A DNA stretch of 64,000 nt from Eledone cirrhosa (GCA_964016885.1 OZ024742.1:341992001-342056000); one strand, 5' to 3'. Positions 1-12,765 are shown, numbered from the stretch's first letter. The notes: a model not told the origin generated them from the letters alone. Made by a program: numbers and translations.

Positions 1-867
1 CTTTGGCAGTGCGGATGTTTGTTTAACCATTCTCAGTGTGTTTGGCCTTTAACGTATGTTGTAGCTCTGATTCATCTGAATCATCGAGCGCTTGCCCACA
101 TCTCGGAAGTTGTTTTTCGTTAATTCCTAAGCCGAAATACGATTCTCGCTAATTTATATTTGTATTAATCTCCAGAGTCTAGCTATTGACCAGTTAATTT
201 TCTTGATTTTTTTTTAGTTGATTCTATTGACTGATGAATAGCTTATGTTAACTTTAACCATTCTGTCGAGAGCTTTATTCGATTTGTGATGTTTTGCATT
301 CTTGCAATATTATACACAACTGAATTCATTCGCCTAAAATAAGTGTTGCCTCCCTTGCTGAACTCCACATGGGGTCAGTAATAGCCACACTTTCAATTAG
401 CAATTGAACTAAAACCTGTTAATAAAGTGGCTTCCTTGTTCAATCATCTTACCAGAAGCCTAACATTATTTATGTAAGCGGACAGTACTTGATTTAGGAG
501 TCGCAGAAACCCAAATACTGGATTTTACCAACTTTCCAGGGGTCCGGGTAAATTTTCAATCACATTTTATTGTTTGACCCGAATTACTTGGTCGTTTCTT
601 TAGCTGTGCGGATTTTTGTTTAACCATTCTCAGTGTGTTTGGCCTTTAACGTATGTTGTAGCTCTGATTCATCTGAATCATCGAGCGCTTGCCACACATC
701 TCGAAAGCTGTTTTTCGTTAATTCCTAGGCCGAAATACGATTCTCGCTAATTTATATTTATATATATATATATAGGAAAATATTTGCCTATTACCCACTC
801 TACTGCCCTAAGTATTGAGTACTCTGGTGCGTTATGGTCCATCTGGTTCCTTACCACACTTCCTTCG

Positions 868-922
<55 letters not shown>

Positions 923-1039
923 TTAGTTAAGCAAAACAAGACCACAAATTTCACAAGGAAGATATTATTAAAAGATTGTCAACATAGTTGTAGTTTAATG
1001 TAAGGAATGTAAAAAAGAATAATAATAATAATACTAATA

Positions 1040-1228
1040 ATTGTTTCTTCTTTTGGCACAAGGCCAGCACATATCCCAGTGTATTACTGGTACTTTATTT
1101 TATCGACCCCGTAAGGATGAAAGGCAAAGTTAACCTCGGCGGGATTTGAACTCAGATCATACAGGGAGGTAACTCTATGCTTCAAAGCATGGCGTCCGAC
1201 CCACTACCGATACTGCCAATCCACCGCT
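1040..1228 (-). mobile_element. tRNA-derived Nin-domain-type SINE
   Basis: A box tggcagtatcggtag, B box gagttcaaatccc, core gccgaggttaactttgcctttcatccttacggggtcgataaaataaagtaccag. Further copies near 15022, 27075, 27375, 32840, 33125, 45806, 48523, 50205, 50860, 51910, 52690, 53315, 53780, 54908 and 55273. Confidence 0.85.
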
Positions 1229-1669
1229 AATAATAATAATACTAATAATGTCTGTTTACAATTGTTTCGCTACTCCATAATGTTTCTGGATCAAATGATT
1301 ATAGATCATTATTGATCTGGTTCAGTTGAAGATAATTTTCTTAGGTAAAATTGGAGCAGTTCATCGGAACTTCAAAAGGAATATAAATTAAGGTAAAAAA
1401 GATGGTTACAAGAATGTAATGTTCCATATATTGGTATTTCTCTATGGTGTCCTTGGTATATCTCTTGTCTGCCATGGGCGAGCAATATTCTTCTGTCGAG
1501 GCTGCATTATGTGAGATCTGCCTATATATATATATATGACAAAGATGGTGTGGTAAGGAACCAAATGGACCATAACGCACCAGGGTACTCGATACTTAGG
1601 GTAGTAGTGTGGGTAATATGTGTTAGTTCGAAACGGCCGGAGCTCAGCCGTCGGGGTCCTGACTCTTTT

Positions 1670-1709
<40 letters not shown>

Positions 1710-1713
<4 letters not shown>

Positions 1714-2269
1714 AAAAAATATGACCCCGACGGCAGAGCTCAAGCCGTTTCGACGGCTATTTCTGGTGCACTCGGACAAAACTGGAAACCTCTACTTCGT
1801 CAACCCTGACAGATACCACACACTGATCAGGAGCAGCCTAAAGGCCACCTATAAAAAGGCTAACCATTCAATTATCGAGGACATAAATCGAGATGGACGC
1901 CGAATTACCTCCAGCCTCGGGGTCGCCGACCGCACTAGACCCACGGATTCCCTACTTCACACTGAAGGACCACAAATCCGACTTAGACCGCAAACCATCC
2001 ATAGGGAGAATCAGTAAAAAGATCCTAGACCGCGTTATACCAAAAGTTAATCAAAACGCGAGACTTAGCCTATGAGTCAGCACCCAGGAAGTAATCTCAT
2101 GGTTCAGGAATATGGAGGACAAACGAAGAGAGAGTCCAGAAATAGCCGTCGAAACGGCTTGAACTCTGCCGTCGGGGTCATATTTTTTCCTATTACCCAC
2201 TCTACTAACCTAAGTATTGAGTACTCTGGTGCGTTATGGTCCATCTGGTTCCTTACCACATTTCCTTCG

Positions 2270-2272
<3 letters not shown>
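1710..2272 (+). mobile_element. Penelope-like element remnant: inverted partial pLTR + RT N-terminal fragment + pLTR
   Basis: SDKTGNLY...YKKA...FTLKDHK...IGRISKKILDR fragments at 1766-2135; 1710-1765 is the reverse complement of about 2136-2192; (TA)n on both sides. Confidence 0.8.
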
Positions 2273-2339
<67 letters not shown>

Positions 2340-2911
2340 GGTAAACAGATATAACAACACAATCGGTACAGTATATGGAAGGTATATATTAGGTTAGCGC
2401 TTGATATAGCAGGAAGGGGGTCTTAACGTTTCGGACGCTAAATGTTAAGAATCTTTTCCTGCTATATCAAGTGTGAAACTAACACATATCTTCATCGTAC
2501 TGTGTCATTTGCTTTGTTATTTCTGTTTACTTTATTCATATATATATGTGTGTGTGTCAGAGTGAGTGAGTGATAAGTAGGTCCCGAGTTGAGTCAGGGG
2601 TAAGCACAATAAATAAGTTGCACAATACATGTGTAGAGTGAAGACGTAAGTTTATATAGAGAAGCATTTTCAATATATATATACATTTATCGACAGTCGA
2701 TCGACTGTCGTCAAATCGGACCGAGGAAACAATGTTTCCGTTGGTCTTTCCAATTGCTAATGCTATCTATCGGTCGCAACTCCAGGTAGAAGGAACAATG
2801 TGAAATAAATTGTGTTGCTCAAGAACATAACGCATCGCCCAGTCTGGGAATCGAACTCACAACCTCACGAATGTGAATCTAATTCTGTAACCACTCAGCC
2901 ACGCGCCTTCA

Positions 2912-3037
<126 letters not shown>

Positions 3038-3043
3038 TATGCG

Positions 3044-3187
<144 letters not shown>

Positions 3188-4171
3188 ATAATAATAAAAT
3201 TGAAGACTAAAATCCAAAGAGGGCTCGATAAGGATAAATATATATCAAATATATAAGAACCGTAGAGCAAATATTTATTAAATAACAGATTAAAGTTTAA
3301 GCAAAGTTACTTATTTGCATAGGTAAGTATATATTACCCGTATGTTTTGTGAAGGTATGTATACCTTCTCGTACGTATATTTGATTGTTATGGCGTATAA
3401 TTTTTATATATTCTGGTATTTAGGGTTTGGCTATGTGTATACGGGAGTTTTGCGTCTGCGTGAGTATGCAGGTTCGTACGTATGGTGGGTGTGTGTATAT
3501 GTGTACTTCTTGTTTTAGTTGACTTACGTCTCCGAACATTCGTGTATTTATATGTAGGTATGTGTGCGCGCTTGTTATATACGTATTTATTTACTTATAT
3601 ACGTTTATATAATTATTTATTTATTTGTACACAGGCATACACACACACACACATATTTATATGTGCGTGGTTTTGTATACCTATGGTAAGGTTTTGCGTA
3701 TGCTTGTGTATGTACGTATTTGTTTGCGTGTACGTATTTATTTATTTCTATTACTTCTGTATTGTATTTATTTACTTTGTTCTTAACTCTGTAGCGGAGA
3801 TTCATTTGGTCTCCTAGTTAGAATTTTAGTCTACGACTTCTGCTATACCATTTACGTGGTTTTGTTTTTGCGTGCTATTGTTCTCCACGCTCCACATATG
3901 ACTTATTATCTTCGTTTTTTCGTTCATTGCCAGAGAACGTCTCTATGCACCACCTAAGAGAACATTAGTCTACGACCTCTTTTATACCATAAACGTGGTT
4001 CTGTCTTTGCGCGTAATTGTTTTTCACCGCTCCTATTAATGACGTATTATTCGTTTTTTCCCGTTCTTTGCCAGCGAACGTGTCCACGAACCAAAGTATC
4101 GTCTTCCTGTCTTCCTCCGGTTGCAACGTTTTTTGAAATATCCAGTTCTGCGTTTACAGATTGACTTTGTT

Positions 4172-4222
4172 AGTTTCAGAAGATCCCGTTAAGGGTGAAA
4201 GCAGCGATTCTTTGCTTAAACT
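4172..4222 (+). ncRNA. Type I hammerhead-like motif, variant core
   Basis: agttt-CAGAAGA-t ccc gttaa ggg t-GAAA-gca..tgc-TT-aaact; 3' part repeated at about 23262-23320. Confidence 0.55.
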
Positions 4223-4270
4223 TTAATCTGTTATTTAATAAATATATATATATGTATATATATATGTATA

Positions 4271-4365
<95 letters not shown>

Positions 4366-4742
4366 CCACATACACACTTACACATACACACATATATATG
4401 TATGTATGTGTGTTTGTATATATGTATGTGTATAAATTCCATACACAAGACGTTGATCAACTCGAGGCTATAGTAGAAGAGGCCCAAGAATATGTATATC
4501 AGGACTGAATCCAGAACCACGTGTCCTGTATGGAAATATTTTCAACTTTGAAACCATCTTCGAGTGTATATAGATGTGTATAGATGCAATTAGATGCCAG
4601 AAATATTTAAAACAAAGAAAGAAATGTGGAAAGCACTCATCAATAATTTACCAATCGACTTCGTTTTCCTTCTCAGTTCGTTTGATGTATATAACCAGAT
4701 CGATACCCTTCGTAAGTTAGTGCTTTCACGCACGCAAAGATC

Positions 4743-4853
<111 letters not shown>

Positions 4854-4987
4854 CAAGTGAGGTTTTTTTTACAAAAGGAAAAATAACCGAGGTGTCCTAC
4901 ACGAGTGAAAATATAAAGAAAAAGAGATGAAATCGAAAATGCAACTGGAGTCTTATTTTTTTTTAAAATATATATATTTATTTGGTT

Positions 4988-5025
4988 CCTTTACCGGTTT
5001 CGCAGTTCTTCTGCTTTTCAAAAGG
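4988..5025 (-). ncRNA. Minimal type I hammerhead, U3-A8 core
   Basis: cctt-TTGAAAA-gcag aagaa ctgc-GAAA-ccgg-TA-aagg. Confidence 0.75.
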
Positions 5026-5200
5026 TGAGTTGAGATGGAGGGTCTGTGGTTTTTCTCACATCTCTATATATGTAAGTTGAATCTTGGTGTACAGCTTATT
5101 CTGGATGGCTCAGTGTTAAGTAGAAGGTAGAGTTGTCTGTGGAATACTCAACCACATGTAGACATAGGCATGACTGAGTAGTTAAGAAGTTCGCAGTAAA

Positions 5201-5276
<76 letters not shown>

Positions 5277-5325
5277 GACGTAAAATAAGAAAATTATAAA
5301 AATTAACTTATTTACTAAAATTTCA

Positions 5326-5407
5326 CTCCAACTAATTAGTTTCTGAAAGGAAATAAACATGGTTTCCGAATGGAACAACATGGAGAATACCTTTCGTCAT
5401 CAGGAAG
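5326..5407 (-). ncRNA. Type I hammerhead, palindromic stem III
   Basis: cttc-CTGATGA-c gaaagg..cctttc a-GAAA-ctaattag-TT-ggag. Confidence 0.72.
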
Positions 5408-5866
5408 TCAATTCTCAGCTAAGTTCCCAGGCGATGCGTGGACACAGGGAACTTATACAAAAATAATTCAGTGGATGGAAAAAAGGAAGCGAGGACTAAA
5501 TTCCAAGACATTGAAAAAATCACTGCCTACTTGGTCGGTGGCAAATTCAAAAGAATCAATCACGTGACATCGAGGTTAATCAGTGAGGAGTGGGGTGTTA
5601 AGAAGACAGTAGCCGAACTATTACTATGAACTATAGTAGCAGTTTTGGCAAATTTTTGCTCAACAAAATAATTTGGAGATAATTATAAAGAATTAGTATA
5701 TCTACCAACATATATATACAGATGCATACCTATGCTAGCAAATATATAGGTTTTGTCTTAGTAACTTTGTGGTTCAATGCAAGGGGATGCAGAACAATTA
5801 TATGAAAGACGTAAAATAAGAAAATTATAAAAATTAACTTACTATATATACATGTGTGTGTGTGTA

Positions 5867-5926
<60 letters not shown>

Positions 5927-6968
5927 GATATATACACACACACACATATATATATGTATATATTTACTGATATATATATATATATGTGTGTGTGTGTGCG
6001 TGTATCTGTGTGTGTGTGTGTGTGTGCGTGTATCTGTGTGTGTGTGCGTGTATGTGTGTACATAACAAAGAAGAAAAGGAAGAAGTAATAAAGTCAAAAT
6101 AGGAAGAACAGTATAATTATCCTGAGAGTTCCACGAAACCAGTGGCATTACACGAACTAACAACCCTTTAGTTAGACCTGTGGGAAAGTCTTACCGCTAT
6201 ATATGTAAGTTGAATCTTGGTGTACAGCTTATTCTGGATGGCTCAGTGTTAAGTAGAAGGTAGAGTTGTCTATGGAATACTCAACCACATGTAGACGTAG
6301 GCATGACTGAGTAGTTAAAAAGTTCGCAGTAAGTCTTTCCCACAGGTTTTCACAGTTTCTGGTGTGCTAAATAGTTTCACCTCCAAGGCTTGAATCCACC
6401 CGAGACTATTGCTGTATACACCCGAAGAAGGCGCCAGGCATTGGGATTGAACCTGAGACTACATGATTGTCAACTGAACTTCTTAGTCATTCGATTATTC
6501 CTACACTATCGACAATCTATCGACTTTCGTCAAATCAGACCGAGAAAACAATGTTTCCGTTGGTCTTTCCAATTGCTAATACTATCTATCAGTCGCAACT
6601 CCAGGTAGAAGGACATAACGCATCGCTCGGTCCAGGAATCGAACTCACGCCTTTTGCAATAGCTGAGAGAATGCCTCTACACTATAGGTGAGAGATAAAT
6701 CAACATCGATCTTATTGCATAGCATCTTAGGCAAGTGTTGTTACCATAGTATTGGATCTACCCAAGCCTTGTGAGCAAACATGAGTGGATGAAATCTGTG
6801 TAGAAAGCCATTTGTGATTGAAGGATGTGTTCTTGTCAAACAATGTTATTGGGATTAGGATGTGAAGTGTCCACATGTTTCTGAAATACTCAGCCTCTTA
6901 AATGGTATTTTAATGTAGAGGTTTCACTTAATACAACTGAGTGTTCATCGTAAAAACTTACAAAGGTC

Positions 6969-7362
6969 CATCATCATCATCATCATCGTTTTCGTCATCG
7001 TCTTCATCATCATCACCGTCGTGGTCGTTATTATGATTATGATGATTATCATCATCATAATCATCATCACCATCATCATTAGCCTTATCATTACCATCAT
7101 CGTCGTCATCATCATTATCGTCGTCATCATCATCGTCGTCATCATCATCATCATCATCGTCATAATCATCATTATCATTACCGTCATTACGATCATCAAT
7201 GTTGTCGTCATCATTGTGATCATCATCACCATTGTCATCATCATCATCACCATCATCATCGTCATCATCACCATCATCATCATCATCATCGTCATCAGAA
7301 TCATCATTGTCGCTGTCGTCGTCGTCATCATCATTATCATCATCATCATCATCATCATCATC
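6969..7362. repeat. (CAT)n degenerate microsatellite
   Basis: Direct reading. Confidence 0.95.
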
Positions 7363-7916
7363 TAGGTTGCCTTTGTTGAATTTTTAAAAACCAGAATTAG
7401 TCGTTTAGTTTACATATTGAGACCCCAACCCATCCTATTTATTTTATAACGTATAAGATTTCTAGTAATGTCCTTTTTTTGTCAGGTATAATGTGTTTTA
7501 ATGTCTAAATACAATTAATTGTCGCAGGAATGCTACCACTTAAAATAAAATTATGCCGGGGATAGATTAGCAAAATTTAATAAGTGGGGGAGTGGGGTAG
7601 AACATGAGCGGGGATGGTGGAAAAAATATGAAAAATTAATAAACGGGGGGGGGGGGCAGGATTATTAAAGACCTAAAAGTGGAGAAGACAGCTTTAAATT
7701 GTAGTTATAGAAACAACTAGAGCAAAACTACATATAGATAAATGTATGTTATTAAAATCTTCTAAAATACTTTATTATTTATGATTATTTCATCTGAAGA
7801 TGTTAGTAAGGAAAAATAAAATTGGGCGAATGTATTGGAATACCAATTATAGTCAACATAAACTGATCAAATTTTATATATGTATATATATATATAGATG
7901 TATTTGTGCGTGCATC

Positions 7917-7955
<39 letters not shown>

Positions 7956-8175
7956 ATATATATGATGAAACACAGATACCAACACATCTGTATATATATT
8001 GCAAAAGAATGTTTAGCCAGAATGAAGAATACTAATTATTATACTACAGTTTGTCCATATCGATTTAAAATAATAAATCAACAAAGACGAACTGCATTGT
8101 CAAAAGGCTATGATGTTTAGACACATTTAAATTTCAAAATCAAACCTGTTCCGTAGATAAGTTTAAACTTTAAAA

Positions 8176-8235
8176 TCCAAATATGTTTCGAGATAAATAA
8201 GTGTAGGAATATCATGTCCTGCTCTCCTCAGTAAA
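8176..8235 (-). ncRNA. Decayed type I hammerhead
   Basis: ttta-CTGAGGA-gag..ctc-GAAA-cata-TT-tgga; weak stems. Confidence 0.45.
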
Positions 8236-8766
8236 CATCCAGGGACAAATTGATATGCTTCACTTCTAAATAATTTAAAAGACTGTGTGACGCACATGGT
8301 TTAACAGTTTCTAGCTAGTCTCATAACCGTACTGCTAGAAATAACAGTCGTATATATGAGGCGGCTTTCAGCTCAGACTAGGAGCAGTTATATTATTAAG
8401 TGTAAGGAATTCTTTTACAATGGAATTAGCTCACGGTTGGGTGCGGATGCATTCATGTATATGTGTGTGTTCGCATGTATCTGTGTGTTTCTAAATATAT
8501 TGTTAATAACTCCCTCTGGTCGAGCAATCTTTGAAGTGTGGGGACTGCTGGAAAGCTTCCATTACTCATACTTCTCGCCCCCTTCACCACCTCTTCTACG
8601 GCTTCGATATAAATACCCCCTCCGCCTCCGTGGTATTTTCTTCTGGGTTATAAGAGGCTTAGTTCTGTTTCTCGACCGTTATATCGCGTGACTGTCTCCC
8701 CCTCCGCCTTTTGGGATTCTTTCTCACGTCGTGTAGACGCGTTCTTGAGACTAGTAAAATGAGGTA

Positions 8767-8856
8767 TCCTCTTGATAAGTCGGCAGACCTCGCAAGGACT
8801 CTATATCTTTATGATGTATTGTTTTTGTTTATGCCACGAAACTACGTAGTCGAGGA
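8767..8856 (+). ncRNA. Type I hammerhead, U3-A8 core, GUC site
   Basis: tcctc-TTGATAA-gt(c)ggca..tgccac-GAAA-ctacgtag-TC-gagga. Confidence 0.78.
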
Positions 8857-9084
8857 ATCTAGGAGCAGTTTAGGTATGATACATTTTATTACTAATTATA
8901 TCTAAATGTTTCTTCTCTCTTCATAATGTATTTTTAACTCTGATACTGGTTCAGTCTAGTTCAACCGGATTGGTCTGTCCCAGTCATTCATTGAGCAACA
9001 TCGGTGAAGTTGGCACCCTTAACTCACGGTTGGGTGCGGATGCATTCATGTATATGTGTGTGTCCGCATGTATCTGTGTGTTTC

Positions 9085-9144
<60 letters not shown>

Positions 9145-9356
9145 GAAGTAGAATATCTTTCAATCGTTCGAGGGGGTTGTACCGAAACAATGGGCAGATC
9201 AACGCTGATGTTATTGTATTCGGATTAGATTTGGCAGCCGGATTAACTTTCTCTTTAAAGGTTACAATCTGTTTTGAGAATAGTTTATGGACAAATCTAG
9301 CTGCTGTATGTATCTCTGAGTTCACCTCTGTCACTCATTGGGAGACCGAGTACTTG

Positions 9357-9362
9357 TTACTA

Positions 9363-9438
<76 letters not shown>

Positions 9439-9960
9439 CACTACCACTACTACTACTACGACAACCACCACCATCACCTCCACCTCTACCTCTACCATTA
9501 CTACTACCATCAAGACCACCACCACCGCCACCTTCAACTCTACCACTACTACTACCACCACTACAACCACCACCACTACTACTACTTACTACTAATACTA
9601 CTACCACCACTACAACCACCACCACTACTACTACTTACTACTACTTACTACTACTACTACTACTATCACTACTACTACGACAACCACCACCATCACCTCT
9701 ACCATTACTACTACCACCACTACCATCACCACCACCACCACTACTGCTATTACTACTACCACCACCACAACCGCCACCACCACTACAACTACTACTACCA
9801 CCATCACCACCTCCAACTCAACCATTACTACTACCACCACCGCTACAACCACCACTACTACTACTACTACTAGTACTACTACTACTACCACCATCACAAC
9901 CACCACCACCACTACAACTACTACAAGTACTGATACTACTACCAACACCACCATCACTAC
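9357..9960. repeat. (CTA/CCA)n microsatellite
   Basis: Direct reading. Confidence 0.95.
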
Positions 9961-10097
9961 TTCTACCTTTGTGAAGGTGCGTGGCGTAGTGGTTAAGGTT
10001 CTCGGCTCACGATCATGAACTCGTCTCCCCGCGGCAAGACTGTCCTTCAGCAAGACACACAGTTCACGTTGCTCTAGTGCTTACCGCTTGATAAAAT

Positions 10098-10167
<70 letters not shown>

Positions 10168-10177
10168 CAGCAGCAGC

Positions 10178-10233
<56 letters not shown>

Positions 10234-10291
10234 CAGTAGCAGTAGTAGTAGTACTAGTAATAGTAGTAGCAGCAGCAGGAGTAGCAGCAGC

Positions 10292-10341
<50 letters not shown>

Positions 10342-10355
10342 CAACTGCAGCAGCG

Positions 10356-10386
<31 letters not shown>

Positions 10387-10393
10387 TAGTAGC

Positions 10394-10447
<54 letters not shown>
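10098..10447. repeat. (TAG/CAG)n microsatellite
   Basis: Direct reading. Confidence 0.95.
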
Positions 10448-10448
<1 letters not shown>

Positions 10449-10584
10449 TATCTACAAGTAGTGCTACTGGTACGTCTATGACAGAAAAATAAGTGAGAGG
10501 AGCAATGGAGGTGATACCGTAATAATAATTTTAGGCCCAAGTCCTGCAATTTCTATGGTAGGTGGGTGTATGTCTGTTAAATTG

Positions 10585-11268
10585 ACTAGATTGGACTGGT
10601 ACTCTTGACTGGATTGGACTGGTACTCTCGACTGGATTCGACTGGTACTCTCGACTGCATTGGACTGGTACTCTCGACTGGATTCGACTGGTACACTCGA
10701 CTGGATTGGACTGGTACACTCGACTGGATTCGACTGGTACTCTCGACTGAATTCGACTGGTACTCTCGACTGGATTCGACTGGTACTCTCGACTGGATTG
10801 GGCTGGTACTCTCGACTGGATTCGACTGGTACTCTCGATTGGATTGGACAGGTACTCTCGAATGGATTGGACTGGTACTCTCGACTGCATTGGACTGGTA
10901 CTCTCGACTGGATTGGACTGGTACTCTTGACTGGATTGGACTGGTACTCTCGACTGGATTCGACTGGTACTCTCGACTGCATTGGACTGGTACTCTCGAC
11001 TGGATTCGACTGGTACACTCGACTGGATTCGACTGGTACACTCGACTGGATTGGGCTAGTACTCTCGACTGGATTCGACTGGTACTCTCGACTGGATTCG
11101 ACTGGTACTCTCGACTGGATTGGGCTGGTACTCTCGACTGGATTGGACTGGTACTCTCGACTGGATTGGACAGGTACTCTCGAATGGATTGGACTGGTAC
11201 TCTCGACTGGATTGGACTGGTACTCTCGACTGGATTGGGCTGGTACTCTTGACTGGATTGGACTGGTA
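10585..11268. repeat. 23-bp minisatellite (gactggattggactggtactctc), about 30 copies
   Basis: Direct reading; 23-aa periodicity in the ORF track. Confidence 0.95.
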
Positions 11269-12107
11269 CTCTCTGGTGTCCAATAATCATCCGCCGTCCC
11301 GTGCTATTAATTTTTCAGATTTTTTTCCAACACCCTCCCCCGCTTATTAAATTCTGCTAATATATCTCCGGCGAATTTTTATTTTAAATGGTAGCATTCC
11401 TGTAACAATTCATTTTCCTTAGACATTAAAAGCATGTATGACAAAAAAAGTGCATTACAAGAAATGCCATACACTATAAAATAAAGATGACCGTTTGGGG
11501 TCTGAATGTGCAAACTAAACGACTAATTCTGGTTTTTAGAAAAATCAATGCAGCAGCCTAGAAAAATTTCCGATTTTCCAAACCCCTTGCTTATTCCAAA
11601 CCCCCTGCTTATTCCAAACACCCCGCTTATTCCAAACCCCCTGCTTATTCCAAACCGCCTCACCGCGCTTATTCCAAACACCCCGCTTATTCCAAACCCC
11701 CTGCTTATTCCAAACCGCCTCACCGCGCTTATTCCAAACCCCCTGCTTATTCCAAACACCCCGCTTATTCCAAACCCCCTGCTTATTCCAAACACCCCGC
11801 TTATTCCAAACCCCCTGCTTATTCCAAACACCCCGCTTATTCCAAACCCCCTGCTTATTCCAAACACCCCGCTTATTCCAAACCCCCTGCTTATTCCAAA
11901 CCCCCTGCTTATTCCAAACCCCCTGCTTATTCCAAACCGCCTCACCGCGCTTATTCCAAACACCCCGCTTATTCCAAACCCCCTGCTTATTCCAAACCGC
12001 CTCACCGCGCTTATTCCAAACACCCCGCTTATTCCCACTCCCTGCTTATTCCACCTCCACACCACCCCGCTTATTCTACCCCCTTCGTATTATTTGGGAC
12101 CCGAGAG
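11269..12107. mobile_element. Tc1/mariner-type MITE with TA duplication and internal 18/24-bp minisatellite (about 11575-12075)
   Basis: TA|ctctctggtgtccaataat ... attatttgggacccgagag|TA; interrupts a SINE; diverged relative at about 7375-7680 in reverse orientation. Confidence 0.75.
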
Positions 12108-12529
12108 TACTTTATATTATTGACCCCGAAATGATGAAAAATAAAATTAACCTCAGGAAGGATTTGAACTCAGAACATAAAGGGCTGAAAGTAACACCGT
12201 AAAGCATTTTATTTCTGGTTGCTCTACTGATTTTACAACCAATCCATTGTGATAATTGTAACCACGGACTATGGAAGTGGAGGGGGTGAAGGCAGCTTCT
12301 AGAATTATCCCCAGAATATGTCAATTGAGGTTAAAATTAGGTTTATAAATTAAAGATATAATTAAGTTTATTTGTTCAGAATTTAAGAGTCTGATAATAA
12401 CTCTTTCATTCTATAACTTTTATATTTAATTGGTAAATCACAAGTTATTATATTTGAAGGTATTGAAAGAGAAATATTCCCTGCAACTATACTGGAGGTG
12501 TTAAGGCTGTTACAGCGATGGTTAATAGT

Positions 12530-12676
12530 ATTGTTATTGTTGGTGGTAGTGGTGATGGTGATAATGATGGTGATGATGATGGTGGTGTTGGTGATGGTGT
12601 TGGTGATGATGGTGTTGGTGATGACGATGATGATGTGTAGTAGTAGTAGTAGTGGTAGTGTTGTTGGTGGTGATGT

Positions 12677-12765
<89 letters not shown>

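Noticed and set aside
10585-11268. CRISPR-like appearance of the 23-bp and 31-bp (40616-41118) arrays
   Set aside because: Contiguous tandem units with no unique spacers, no cas genes, and eukaryotic context.
11548-12123. PLLIPN repeat ORF
   Set aside because: Internal minisatellite of a MITE; 18/24-bp units keep the frame by chance.
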